Below, piece by piece: positions 11,270-21,200 of a stretch of DNA of 64,000 nt. The notes beneath the pieces are model-generated. The model had not been told where the DNA came from and searched no databases. It saw only the letters and a list, made by a program, of their open reading frames with translations. How positions within the stretch are numbered: position 1 is the stretch's first letter; each line of letters begins with the position of its first letter. The position numbers and the translations under genes were made by a program. Source of the stretch: Porphyridium purpureum (taxonomy: Eukaryota); NCBI GenBank assembly GCA_008690995.1, contig VRMN01000017.1:124001-188000 (forward strand). The letters run 5' to 3'.

Positions 11270-14065
11270 ATGCCGGATAGGACGGATTGCGACAACCTGG
11301 TAATGGGAGATGGGAAAGGAATGGAGCATTGCATGCGATCCGTTGGGAATGCGGAAAATGCAATGCGGAATGGTGAGCCGGAGCCGGAGCCGGAGCGGGG
11401 AAGGGGAGAAAGAGAGAGAAAGAGAAAGAGGTGGTACGTGTTGATGAGAAGGGGGGGAACGGAGGGAGGTATGTCGGGGGAGAAGGAGGAGGACGATGCA
11501 CGGGACGCCGGGGAGATGTCGACAGACAGGCGCGGCGCGGGATCGGGCATGGAGTATGTGCGCCGGCGGAGCTCGTCGCACACGTCCAAGGCGTCCGTGA
11601 CGAGCCCGCGCATCAAGGCGCAGCAAGGTAGTGGGCTCACGCAGGCGTCCGCGCACGCGGCGGCGAGTCGAAAGGTGTCGCAGAGGGTGTCCCTGGATGC
11701 CGCGCAGGCGGGCTTGCTGCTCGCGAGCTTTAGCTGCGCGGTGGAGCGCAAGGTGCTGCATCATGGCAAGCTGCACGTGTTTGAGCGCGTGCTCGTGCAT
11801 GAGTCGCATGTGTTCGGCAAGACAAAGCTCTACATTCCGCGTGATCAAGTCGCGACGGTCGCGAAGAAAAAAGTGAACCGGCTGCGCATTGTCACAGTGG
11901 ACGGCACAAAGCACACATTCGCGTCCTTTGCGAGCCGCCAAAAGTGCTACGACCTCATTACGGGCGTCGTGACTTCCCAGTCGGGCGCGCTGTCGGACGA
12001 GCCGTCTGAAACCGAGTCGGTCCCACTGTCTGATACGCGATCAGTGCCTGTGTCGCTGCAGGCGGATGATGACCGCGGTGGCGCGCTTCCTCAGGCGGTC
12101 CTGTCCGCGTCTGCAAGCAGCGAGGACGTGCTGGAGCAACAGGACCGCGAGCCGGAGCCGGCGGTTCGGAAACTTACAAAGTCATCCAATCCAAGGCAGT
12201 CGTCCTCGGCGGCGAAAGAAGATGCGCTCGAGCCAAGTACTCCCCCTGCAGCGGCGCGCAAGGCCGGAAACCAAGATCTCGACGCCCAGTCGGTGGCGTC
12301 TGCGGTACCTGCGGACGGTGATGCTCCCAGTAAGGATTCTTTACCTTCACCAGTGTCTGGGCCCGCGTCGCCGCCTCCTGCCCCTGTGGATCCGGAGGCA
12401 TCGCTGCTTTGGCAACAGCCGGACGACGCGCTGGACTTGAATGCGCACGAGTGCTCTGAACAGAAGGAGTTTTGTGCAAAGACAACGCTGCCTTGCTCAG
12501 TCAAAGTGGCCGCGCATCATTTATTTTTGGACGACGCCTGTGGGGCCAGCTTCCTCAAGGACTACCACTTGACGAGCGGCGACCGCGAGCCAATCAGCGT
12601 GGAGGCATGGACCCGTGAGACGGCCCCGGCAAGCGTGGAGGCAAAGCAGTGGTACAAACGCAAGGTGCAGTTTACTCACCCGCTTTCGTACAAGATTGGG
12701 CCTTCGCAGACCGTGACGGCCGAGGCGCACACGCTGTGCTTTTTGAGCAATGGTGGCGTCCGGTTGGAAGCCGAGGGACACAATCTGGACGTGCCGTACT
12801 CGGACTCGTTCCGCGTGGAGTCCACTTTTGAACTTACGCCGCTCTCCGAGTCATCAGCCGAGCTCAACTGCTATGTGGCCACGCGCTTCGTGGGGAAAAA
12901 GCCTATGGTCGCCAAAATGATTGAAAAGGGCACGCTCGATGACTGCGGGCCGGCGTACAAGATTTTTTGTAATACAGCTGCCAATCACGTTGCACAGGCA
13001 ATGGAGCGCTTGTACCCGCCTTCTAAAGAGGCGGACGCCGTTTCGCTATCTACAGTAACTTCGGCTCCCGACGAACCGCAGGAGCCGGAGAATGACGACG
13101 ATCTGCCAGACCCAGAAGCGGGTCTCGTATGGGCTGATAAGGAGCGCGACGTGTTTGACAAGGTGCACGGTGAGTTGTATGACTCGAAAACGGAGTGCGC
13201 AAAGGTTGAAATCCCTCGCTCGGTCAGGGTGGTGTACAACGCACTCATGCTCGACGGCCGTGGTGGCGAATTTTTGATCAAGTACCACACGGTGAATGGC
13301 GATAAGGAGCCCATGTCGGTCGGCGAGTGGGGAAAGTCGGCAGATGGCGCCTGGAAAACGCGAGAGGTGCGCTTTGTGCACCCAATTGCCTATAAGATTG
13401 GCCCAAGCCAGACGGTGACCGTAGAGACGCAGTTCCTGAGCTTCACCTCGGCGCAAGGTGGCTTCATACTCGAAGCCGAGGGGCACAACCTGGACGTGCC
13501 CTACTCAGATCAATTCCGTGCCGAGTCGACATTTGAATTCACGCCCGTGGCAGGCGGCGAAAGGACGCTGCTGACTGCGTATGCCACAACGCGTTTCATT
13601 GGGAAGAAGCCCATGGTAGCCAAGATTATTGAAAAGGGCACTGTGGACGACTGCGGGCCTGCGTACAAAAAGTTCTGTGATGTCGCGGTCAAGGAGGTCG
13701 AGTCGTTCTACGAGACGCTGCCAGGCGTATCGGAGAGAAAAGCTCGCGCTCAACGGCGCGCACAGAAACGCGCCGCCACTGCGGCCGCCACTGCGGCCGC
13801 CACTGCGGGCGGTGTGACAAGAAAGTCTACCGGACGAACAAACAAGTCGCTCACGGTTCCGCAGCGCTCTGCTGTGGTCAAATTACATTCCAACGTGGTT
13901 GCCAAGGCGCCGTTCGAAGTGTTTGGATTGGACGGCAACTTTGTGATGGAGGCCGTGCTGCTTGTGCTGCTGTTCCTGATTTTCGCGATGCTGTTCTTCA
14001 TGTTCATTACGCTGGTGTCGATGAAACTCGACGTGGCGTCCATTTCGAGTGTGGGGGCGCGGTAG
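11270..14065 (+). CDS. GRAM + two VASt (StART-like) domains + C-terminal TM: LAM/GRAMD1/VAD1-family lipid (sterol) transfer protein
   Basis: GRAM-like FSCAVERKVLHHGKLHV...HTFASF..RQKCYDLI. Two near-duplicate domains each with KIGPSQTVT and NLDVPYSD.FR.E. Hydrophobic C-terminal anchor. True start uncertain (several ATGs 11270-11550). Confidence 0.9.
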   Translation: MPDRTDCDNLVMGDGKGMEHCMRSVGNAENAMRNGEPEPEPERGRGERERKRKRWYVLMRRGGTEGGMSGEKEEDDARDAGEMSTDRRGAGSGMEYVRRRSSSHTSKASVTSPRIKAQQGSGLTQASAHAAASRKVSQRVSLDAAQAGLLLASFSCAVERKVLHHGKLHVFERVLVHESHVFGKTKLYIPRDQVATVAKKKVNRLRIVTVDGTKHTFASFASRQKCYDLITGVVTSQSGALSDEPSETESVPLSDTRSVPVSLQADDDRGGALPQAVLSASASSEDVLEQQDREPEPAVRKLTKSSNPRQSSSAAKEDALEPSTPPAAARKAGNQDLDAQSVASAVPADGDAPSKDSLPSPVSGPASPPPAPVDPEASLLWQQPDDALDLNAHECSEQKEFCAKTTLPCSVKVAAHHLFLDDACGASFLKDYHLTSGDREPISVEAWTRETAPASVEAKQWYKRKVQFTHPLSYKIGPSQTVTAEAHTLCFLSNGGVRLEAEGHNLDVPYSDSFRVESTFELTPLSESSAELNCYVATRFVGKKPMVAKMIEKGTLDDCGPAYKIFCNTAANHVAQAMERLYPPSKEADAVSLSTVTSAPDEPQEPENDDDLPDPEAGLVWADKERDVFDKVHGELYDSKTECAKVEIPRSVRVVYNALMLDGRGGEFLIKYHTVNGDKEPMSVGEWGKSADGAWKTREVRFVHPIAYKIGPSQTVTVETQFLSFTSAQGGFILEAEGHNLDVPYSDQFRAESTFEFTPVAGGERTLLTAYATTRFIGKKPMVAKIIEKGTVDDCGPAYKKFCDVAVKEVESFYETLPGVSERKARAQRRAQKRAATAAATAAATAGGVTRKSTGRTNKSLTVPQRSAVVKLHSNVVAKAPFEVFGLDGNFVMEAVLLVLLFLIFAMLFFMFITLVSMKLDVASISSVGAR

Positions 14066-14334
14066 GGCGTGCGACGCGAAACGCAATGGCTCAAGGACAG
14101 GGCACCTGTGCAGTGTACACTCCATCCAACCAGCGCTGTACCTCAGGCGCTCCGTGAACATTAAAATAATAATTGTTAAATAATTGATTGGTAAGAGTAC
14201 AGTGTGTACAGTGTGTTTGTGTCTTGGAGCGATTCGCACGGGGTTTGAGCGCTTTGCAAAGGAGCAGGAAGCGACGAGCCGAGTCGGAACCGGATCGCAT
14301 GCGCGGGCTGCAGCAGCCTGCGACGAGAGAGGAA

Positions 14335-15297
14335 ATGGGTCGGCCCGCGCGCGCGGCAAGCGCCCTCGCCGCGCTTCTGTGCATTGCGGCTGTCGCAGCA
14401 CTGCAGGTAGCTGGAGACACCCTGCGGCTTGCGGAGATCAGCGTCGATGTGCTCAGGGCGGGCAGTGCTCCCGTCAGCTACGGATCGGAGCAAGCCGCAA
14501 ACGGCGCGGCGGTGCCAAATCAAGAACCGCTGGTGCTGCGTGTTGTGAGCGTGGATGAAAAGTCCACCGTGGAGATCCGCGTCGACGCCAGTCGGGACGG
14601 AACGAGCTTTGCGCCGCAGCAGGCATTTCTGCGCGTGTCAGACCTGAATCAGTCGGATCATCTAGTGGTCTTGCCCGCGCGATCGGAGAAGAAGACAAAG
14701 CTCAGCTTTGCGGTGTCCCCGGGGAAGCAGCCGACGACCAGCAGCGGAGGCGCCGCCGCGCCGTACTGGAAACACCAGCACGTTTATTCGTTCGAGCTCT
14801 TACTTGGCGACACCAGCACGGAGAACGCCATTGTGTATCAAGTCATCTCTGCGCTGCGCGTCGACTTTAGAAAGCCGCCGCCGCCGCTTCCTACTCCGGG
14901 CGTGTTCGATTTTGACATGAGCGTCAAGAAGGAGCCGCAACCTGAGTTTCGCTGGGAGCTGCCTGCGCCGCGCAGCTCGCCGCCAATGGCGATCATTGCC
15001 GTCTTCACAGTGCTGGCCGTGCTCCCAATGCTTGGGTTTGTGGGCGCATCTGCCAGCGTGCTGGGCTGCTTCCCACTGGCGATCCCGAAATCCGGCCCGG
15101 CGCTGGCAGCGTTCGCAGTCTTCTTTGCGTGCCTGACCGTCATAGCTGGGATCCTGTTCATGTTCTGGCTTCGTTGGAACATCCTTACCACTTGGAAAGT
15201 GTTGGCCGTCGCACTCATCCCGACCGTTATCTCCGGACAGAAAGTGCTGTACGAGGTCAACATGAGGAAGATCCACAACGCGCGCATGTCAAAGTAG
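14335..15297 (+). CDS. RPN2: Oligosaccharyltransferase subunit ribophorin II / Swp1
   Basis: Signal peptide (MGRPARAASALAALLCIAAVAA), PQQAFLRV, LLLGD, PQPEFRWEL..P..SPP followed by three C-terminal TM helices. Confidence 0.75.
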   Translation: MGRPARAASALAALLCIAAVAALQVAGDTLRLAEISVDVLRAGSAPVSYGSEQAANGAAVPNQEPLVLRVVSVDEKSTVEIRVDASRDGTSFAPQQAFLRVSDLNQSDHLVVLPARSEKKTKLSFAVSPGKQPTTSSGGAAAPYWKHQHVYSFELLLGDTSTENAIVYQVISALRVDFRKPPPPLPTPGVFDFDMSVKKEPQPEFRWELPAPRSSPPMAIIAVFTVLAVLPMLGFVGASASVLGCFPLAIPKSGPALAAFAVFFACLTVIAGILFMFWLRWNILTTWKVLAVALIPTVISGQKVLYEVNMRKIHNARMSK

Positions 15298-15706
15298 AAT
15301 AAACCATCCTGGCGGCTCCATGGAGCCTAGCCGAGGCCCAAGGCCAGTGCCCTGATTCTTCAGTGCGCACAGCCAGCGTGAAAAGCACGATTACTCGCGC
15401 CCATCGATGCGCTTTCCACAATTTGTTGGTGACTGCGAGCTGGGGAAGGTTGGCACACGTATCAAGTGCCTGACGATCTCGTCGAGGGGAAAGGCACAAC
15501 CGGAATCGTGCAGGGTGGGCAAAGCACCGACCCGCAGGGTGGCGCGGGGAGCCTTTCTTGGAGACGAGGAGTCCGATTTGTCCACGTTTGGCTTGAGCCG
15601 CGGGCGCGAGGTGCGCGGGTGTGGTGTCGAGCGTGCGGGAACGATAAACTGTGTGCCTCGTGCGAGCGTTGCGCGGTGTCGCCAGTCTGCACACAGGCAT
15701 TCCATC

Positions 15707-16595
15707 ATGTTGGGAGCCTTGCAGCGTATGATGGGTTGCGCGATGCGGGTGCATGGCGCACCGTCGAATGCTTTGCGGGGTTCAGCGCAAGCGGTCGGCA
15801 CGAGCTGGGGGGTCGGCATGCTTTCGCCCATGCGCGAGACGATGCCGCGGGCAGGATCTCTGGGCGCCGGCATGTGGGTTCGTTGGGCGTCCAAAAAGGC
15901 GAAAGGTTCAAGTAAGAACGGCAGGAAGACGGCCGGGAAGCGACTGGGCTTCAAAAAGTCGGACGGGGAAGTGGTGTACCCTGGCCAAATTCTCGTGCGG
16001 CAACTGGGTAGCAACGTGCTTCCGTCGTTGGGTACCGCGCGAGCGCGGAATCATTCGCTGTTTGCGCTGGAGAAGGGCCACTTGAGAATCGTCAAGTACA
16101 ACGGCCCTGTTCGGAAATTTAAGGGCAGGGTGTTTTGTCAAGTCGAGCCGACCCTCAAGGACAGGATTGACCGCGCGAGCGCGGAATCATTCGCTGTTTG
16201 CGCTGGAGAAGGGCCACTTGAGAATCGTCAAGTACAACGGCCCTGTTCGGAAATTTAAGGGCAGGGTGTTTTGTCAAGTCGAGCCGACCCTCAAGGACAG
16301 GATTGAGCAGGGCATTGCCGATACACCTGCGCAGAGGTGGCCGTTTACTGCTGGTAGTAAGGCGCTTGAAAAAGGGATGCGCGTCCGGATTAAGGCCAAG
16401 CCGCTTGATCAGGTGGACCGCTTTACGCTCATGGCGCAAGCCGGCTCACTCGAAGAGGCGTTGTCTTATCGATCTGGACGCAAGCGACGCCGTCCTATGA
16501 ATCAATTTATGGCGCCGGAGCTCATCCGGCAGTTGGAAGCAAAGATCCCACCCATGCCTGTACAAGCGGTAAACCCGCCGGCGCCGGTGTCCTAG
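15707..16595 (+). CDS. MRPL27: Mitochondrial ribosomal protein bL27, interrupted by a 136-bp tandem duplication
   Basis: Presequence then WASKKAKGSSKNGRKTAGKRLGFKKSDGEVVYPGQILVRQLG...RNHSLFALEKG. Removing one repeat copy restores one continuous ORF ending at 16595. Confidence 0.85.
16035..16306. repeat. Perfect 136-bp direct tandem duplication (16035-16170 = 16171-16306)
   Basis: CCGCGCGAGCGCGGAATCATTC...AAGGACAGGATTGA occurs twice back to back. Confidence 0.95.
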
Positions 16596-16775
16596 AAGTC
16601 CCGCATGAGTGTTCCGTGCGGTTCTGCAGCTGCTTATAAAACTGGAGCCTCAATAACTGACAAATTTCCGCGGAACTCTCACCTTGATACTCCCGCTCTG
16701 AGATGATATGTGCCGAGTAAATCGCAAACACTGATGTATTTAATTGGGTGATGACAAGCGAGCGACCCCGCGAGC

Positions 16776-17372
16776 CTACTTCTTGGCGGGCTTGGCGGGC
16801 TTGGCCGGCGCGGCGGCAGCGGCCGCCGCACCCGCCTCGTCCTTCCTGGTTGACCTGCGCTCGCGCGTGACCTTGTTCTTGAGGCGGCGCGCCTCGTACT
16901 GCGCGAGCAGGTTTTCTTCGCGCGACTTCTCGAGCTTGGCTTCGTGGATATGCTCCATGAGCACGCGCTTGTTCTTGAAGACGTTACCCTTGCTTCGGTT
17001 GTACAATTCGTGATACATATGGCGATCGATCTTTTTCTGCGCGCGGTACTTTCGGAGCATGTTCCTGAGCACGCGCATTCTCCTCATCCACTGCACCTTG
17101 ACCGGCATACGCGCGTCGGCCGTTCCCTTGCGCTTTCCGTGTCCCATGTGGCGGCCCTTTCTCTTCGCGGCGTCATTCAGGCGCACGCGCGCGCGCGAGT
17201 GCACGACGGGGGGCTTTGCAAACACGTACCCGTCCTTGACGAGCCGCCGGATGTTGGCGCGGCTGTTGGCCATCGAGATGTCGCCCACCTCGTTGGGGTC
17301 CAGCCACACCTTGCGCTTGCCGCATCCCAGCACGGACGCCGCAAGCCTCTTCTGCAGCTTGAGCGACACCAT
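16776..17372 (-). CDS. RPL19: 60S ribosomal protein eL19
   Basis: [28 protein letters not shown]...[13 protein letters not shown]...[16 protein letters not shown]; intronless. Confidence 0.98.
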   Translation of the reverse strand: MVSLKLQKRLAASVLGCGKRKVWLDPNEVGDISMANSRANIRRLVKDGYVFAKPPVVHSRARVRLNDAAKRKGRHMGHGKRKGTADARMPVKVQWMRRMRVLRNMLRKYRAQKKIDRHMYHELYNRSKGNVFKNKRVLMEHIHEAKLEKSREENLLAQYEARRLKNKVTRERRSTRKDEAGAAAAAAAPAKPAKPAKK

Positions 17373-18202
17373 CTTTCCCCCGCGCACCCTTCACACCCCC
17401 CTCTCTCACCCCACACCGTCTACCTCTCCCTCTTCGTTCACTACTCCCTCTTCCTCCCCCAACCTTGTCCCAACCACTTACCCTTCTTCCCCTCTACTTC
17501 AACCGCCCCAGCGCGTTCATATCAATCCAGCCCACTTTACTATAAACAACCGCTTACCCCTGTGCTCCACCCCGGCACCGCCGACGCCGACCGCCACACA
17601 CGCGCACTGTACCCACAACTCCCGTACCTATCCAATCGACCCAAATCTGGCGGGATCTCCATATCGACGTCCCACTGTACCGCACACGCGCCTGTTCCAT
17701 GCCAACGCGACACCGAATACGCATTGCATCGCCATCTGCGCGCTGCCCCACGGAACCCTGTACCTAACTGCGCGCGCACAGGCGTAGTTACATCGAGGGT
17801 CGAGCGCGCGCCACCCCTCCCAACACGCGCTCCGCGTTCATAGCAAACGCCTGCATGCAAACTAAACGCTGAACCATATAAAATGACTTCGGTACAGTGT
17901 ACTATACTTCACTTGTTGCAGGTACCAAGTTAAACACCAAACTTTTTTACCTTTTATTTTTCTTCTGACTGAGACCGTCACGCAACCCGCTCCCCATTTT
18001 ATACCCTTCACAAGACTCCAAGTCTATCACATTTGGTGTTCCGTGGGTGTTCAGTGAGTGTTCAGTGGGTGTTCTGTGGGTGTTCCGTGGGAAGGGAAAA
18101 CGGTGGCAAGGAGGGAAGGAGGGAGATAGTGGGTGGCGAGAATGGAGAGGTGATGGGGAAGCAGAGAGGGGGAGAGAGAAGGAGGGAGAGGGAAGGTGTG
18201 GG

Positions 18203-21200
18203 ATGGCAAAGGGGAAGCGGAAGGGAGGCGGTGGTGCCGGTGGGAATGCAGGGAATGCAGGGAATCCAGGGAATGCAGGGAATCCAGGGAATGCAGAGAA
18301 TGCAGGGAACGCAGGGAATGCAGGGAATGCAGGGAATGCAGGGAATGCAGGGCATGCAGGGAATCCAGGGAATCCAGGGAATCCAGGGAATGCAGGGCAT
18401 GTGTCTGGATCTGGGGATGCGGGCGGAGGATCTGAGCGTGGGGTGCTGGCGGGAGAGCATGGTGCGGCTGCACAGCATGAGGGCGCCACCGTTGTGCAGC
18501 CCGTCGCGCGGACGCCGGGGTGGTTTGCGGCCGCAAAGGATATGGTGATGCCGACCGCCTCGGCTGCTGCGCCGGCGGCGGCGGCGGGGAAGCCAGATGG
18601 GCTGCAGAGCGCGGTGAAAGCGAGTGAGCCGGATGCATCGACGCTGGCTGCATCGGCTTCGTCGACGAAAGGTGAAAAGGAGAATGAAAGGTTGCCCGCA
18701 AGGGCTTCAACTTCCTGTTCGGAACCAGCAGCAGCTCCGCTGCGTGAAATGCAGCCGCAGACACGCGAGCGTGTGCTCGACGAAGGGGAGGATAGCGACG
18801 ATCAGCTCGTTCGAGACATGGTGGATTTTGCTGTCGCAAATGCAAACCGAATGGTTGCGCTCGAGCGCGAGCGCAATGCGGCGCTCAAGGCTGAAATGGA
18901 TCGTCTCGCGCGCGAGAACAAGGCACAGCACAGTGCGGAGCTGCGTGCAACGGTCGCGCAGATGCAGGCCGAGCTCAATACTCACCGCATGCAGGCGGAG
19001 CGCTTCAGTGAGTGCCAGGCGCAGCTGGTCCAGTGCAAAAACCAGCTCGCTGCGTATGAAACGCGACTTGCGGAAAGCGACACGGAGCTGGCACAGTCGC
19101 GGCGAAAAGTGGGCGACCTGGAGACGCTCTCGGCGCAGTTGGAAGCCCGCGCCCATGCGGCTGACGCCGCCGCGACCGCAAGCGAAGCCAAGAGCTTGCG
19201 CCTCGAATCTGAGCTTCACACGGTCACAATAGCTGTGGCCACGTTGCGTGCTGAGAACGCAGAGATCACCCACGTGCGCGCCGAGCTCGAGCGTGCGCGC
19301 GCCCAGGACGCCAACGTGATTGAGGAACTCAGTCGCACTCGCGATGAGTGCATCCGCTCGCGTGATCTTTGTGTCGCCGAGCACGCTCAGACCAAAGCGC
19401 AACTTGCTGCTTCAGAGCAAAGGGAAGCGCAAGCGCTGGCACGCGCGTCGGGTCTGGAGGAGCTGGGGAGTGGAATGGCGCACCGGCTGTCACAGGGCTT
19501 TGTGCGGGAAAAGCGGATGCTGAAGCGTGAGGAGGAGCTTCGGCGCGAGATCAAATCACTCACCGCGCAAGTCGTTCGCGTGGAGCACGCACAGGTGAAG
19601 ATTGAGGAGGCCAAGGCGGCTCAACGCGAACACGAGACACTAATGGTTCAAAAGATGAAGAGCGTGCGAGAAGAGATGGAGCGCATGCGAATGCACGTAC
19701 TGGAGAGCGAGCACCGCGAAAAGGCGGCAAAAGTCGAGGTGGTAAATGTTCGTAAGGAAAACGTCGACCTTAGCGACGAGCTGTTTGCTGCGCGGCGTGA
19801 GAATGCCGATGCGCGCACTCGTGCGGCGCTAAAGACAAAAGTGCTGGAAGCCGATGCTGCGTTCCGCATGTCTGAAGCGCTCACTACCAAGGTCAAGTTG
19901 TACGAAACCGCACTTACCGCTGTGTACAGGAGCAACACTTCGGCGTCTGGTGGACCTGTCGAAACCCTCGGTGCGGTCGGCTCGGCATCTGACTCAGCTG
20001 CGGGCGCTGGACGCGCACAGACGAAAGGGAGTACTGTGGAGGAAGGCCATCAAACTGAAGATGGTCGTCAAGATGCAAAGACAAAAGGCACGGCAGGTTC
20101 TTTTGTCGGGCAAAGCGGAAGGGTTGCTGGCAGCGTTGGAAGTGGCTCGACGTCGGCACGTTCGCGGTCGAGCGCGGGTGCATCTTTCCGCGATCAAATT
20201 GATAGCGCGTCGCAGCAGGTAGAGGGCATCCGCAGTGCTCGTCGCCGGCTTTGGTTTGACGCAGAGGAGCGAAGTCTTGCGGCTCCGGCTACATCCGGAA
20301 CTAGCGATACATCAAACCTAGCCAGCACAAGTGCGGGGGTGGGTCTCAACGCAAAGGCGCCCGTTGCCATAGCCGCCGAGCTGGCGCGAGAGTTTAATCG
20401 CGCCGACCGTGCTTACTCTCACGCCAAAACCACGCATTCCAAACTGGCGTCCGCGCCCATCAGTCAGTACGTCTCAATTGCATCACTTCATACGCGTGGT
20501 ATTGGCACGGGGGTGACAGTGTCCACATCATCTGCTCCTTTGAGCAGTATCGGCACTGGTACTAGCACCGGTCCGAGTAGCTCGACCGTGGCAGTCGCGA
20601 CGACCGGTATGACCAGCAGCCAGTCTGGTGAGATTCCGGTAGAAGAGCTCGCGGACGCGGCAATGAACAGCATTGACATGATTACGGCGGAGAATCAAAA
20701 GGAGGCCGCGTTGAGGCGCGCCAAGGAAGACGCGGAGCGCGAGCTGGAAGGTTCTCGTGCCCTGCTGAAAGCGCACCAGGACTCGCTCGAGGCTTTCCGC
20801 GCGCAACTCGAGGAACAGTTGCAGTTACGTAGTGAGCTTGAGGCCGAGCTCGACCATGCGCGGCTTGGCATTTCTGGCTGCAATCTCGTCATTGAGGCCT
20901 TGCAGGAGCGCTCCGTGGTGCATGACGATGAGCTTCGTGAGCGTCTGACGCTTGACGCGCTTGCCACAGCTTCGGGGGCCGCAGGCGTTTCTTCCGGTCC
21001 GGACGCTGAAATCAGTGCAGAAATCCTCAAGGAGTTCCGCGCCGTCATGTCGAGCCTTGCCAGTGGCAACAGTGGTGGCTCGGATAGTCGTTCTGCGGCA
21101 ACCATGCAGAACCAGGCACGCTTGGAGGAAGAAGTGATGATGCTAAAGGAGCTCACGGAAACGCGCGGAATGCAGCTGGAGGCGCTTCGTTCTGAGCTTG

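Noticed and set aside
18242..18394. 9-bp repeat as an interstitial telomere or CRISPR-like array
   Set aside because: In-frame coding minisatellite with no spacers and no known telomeric unit
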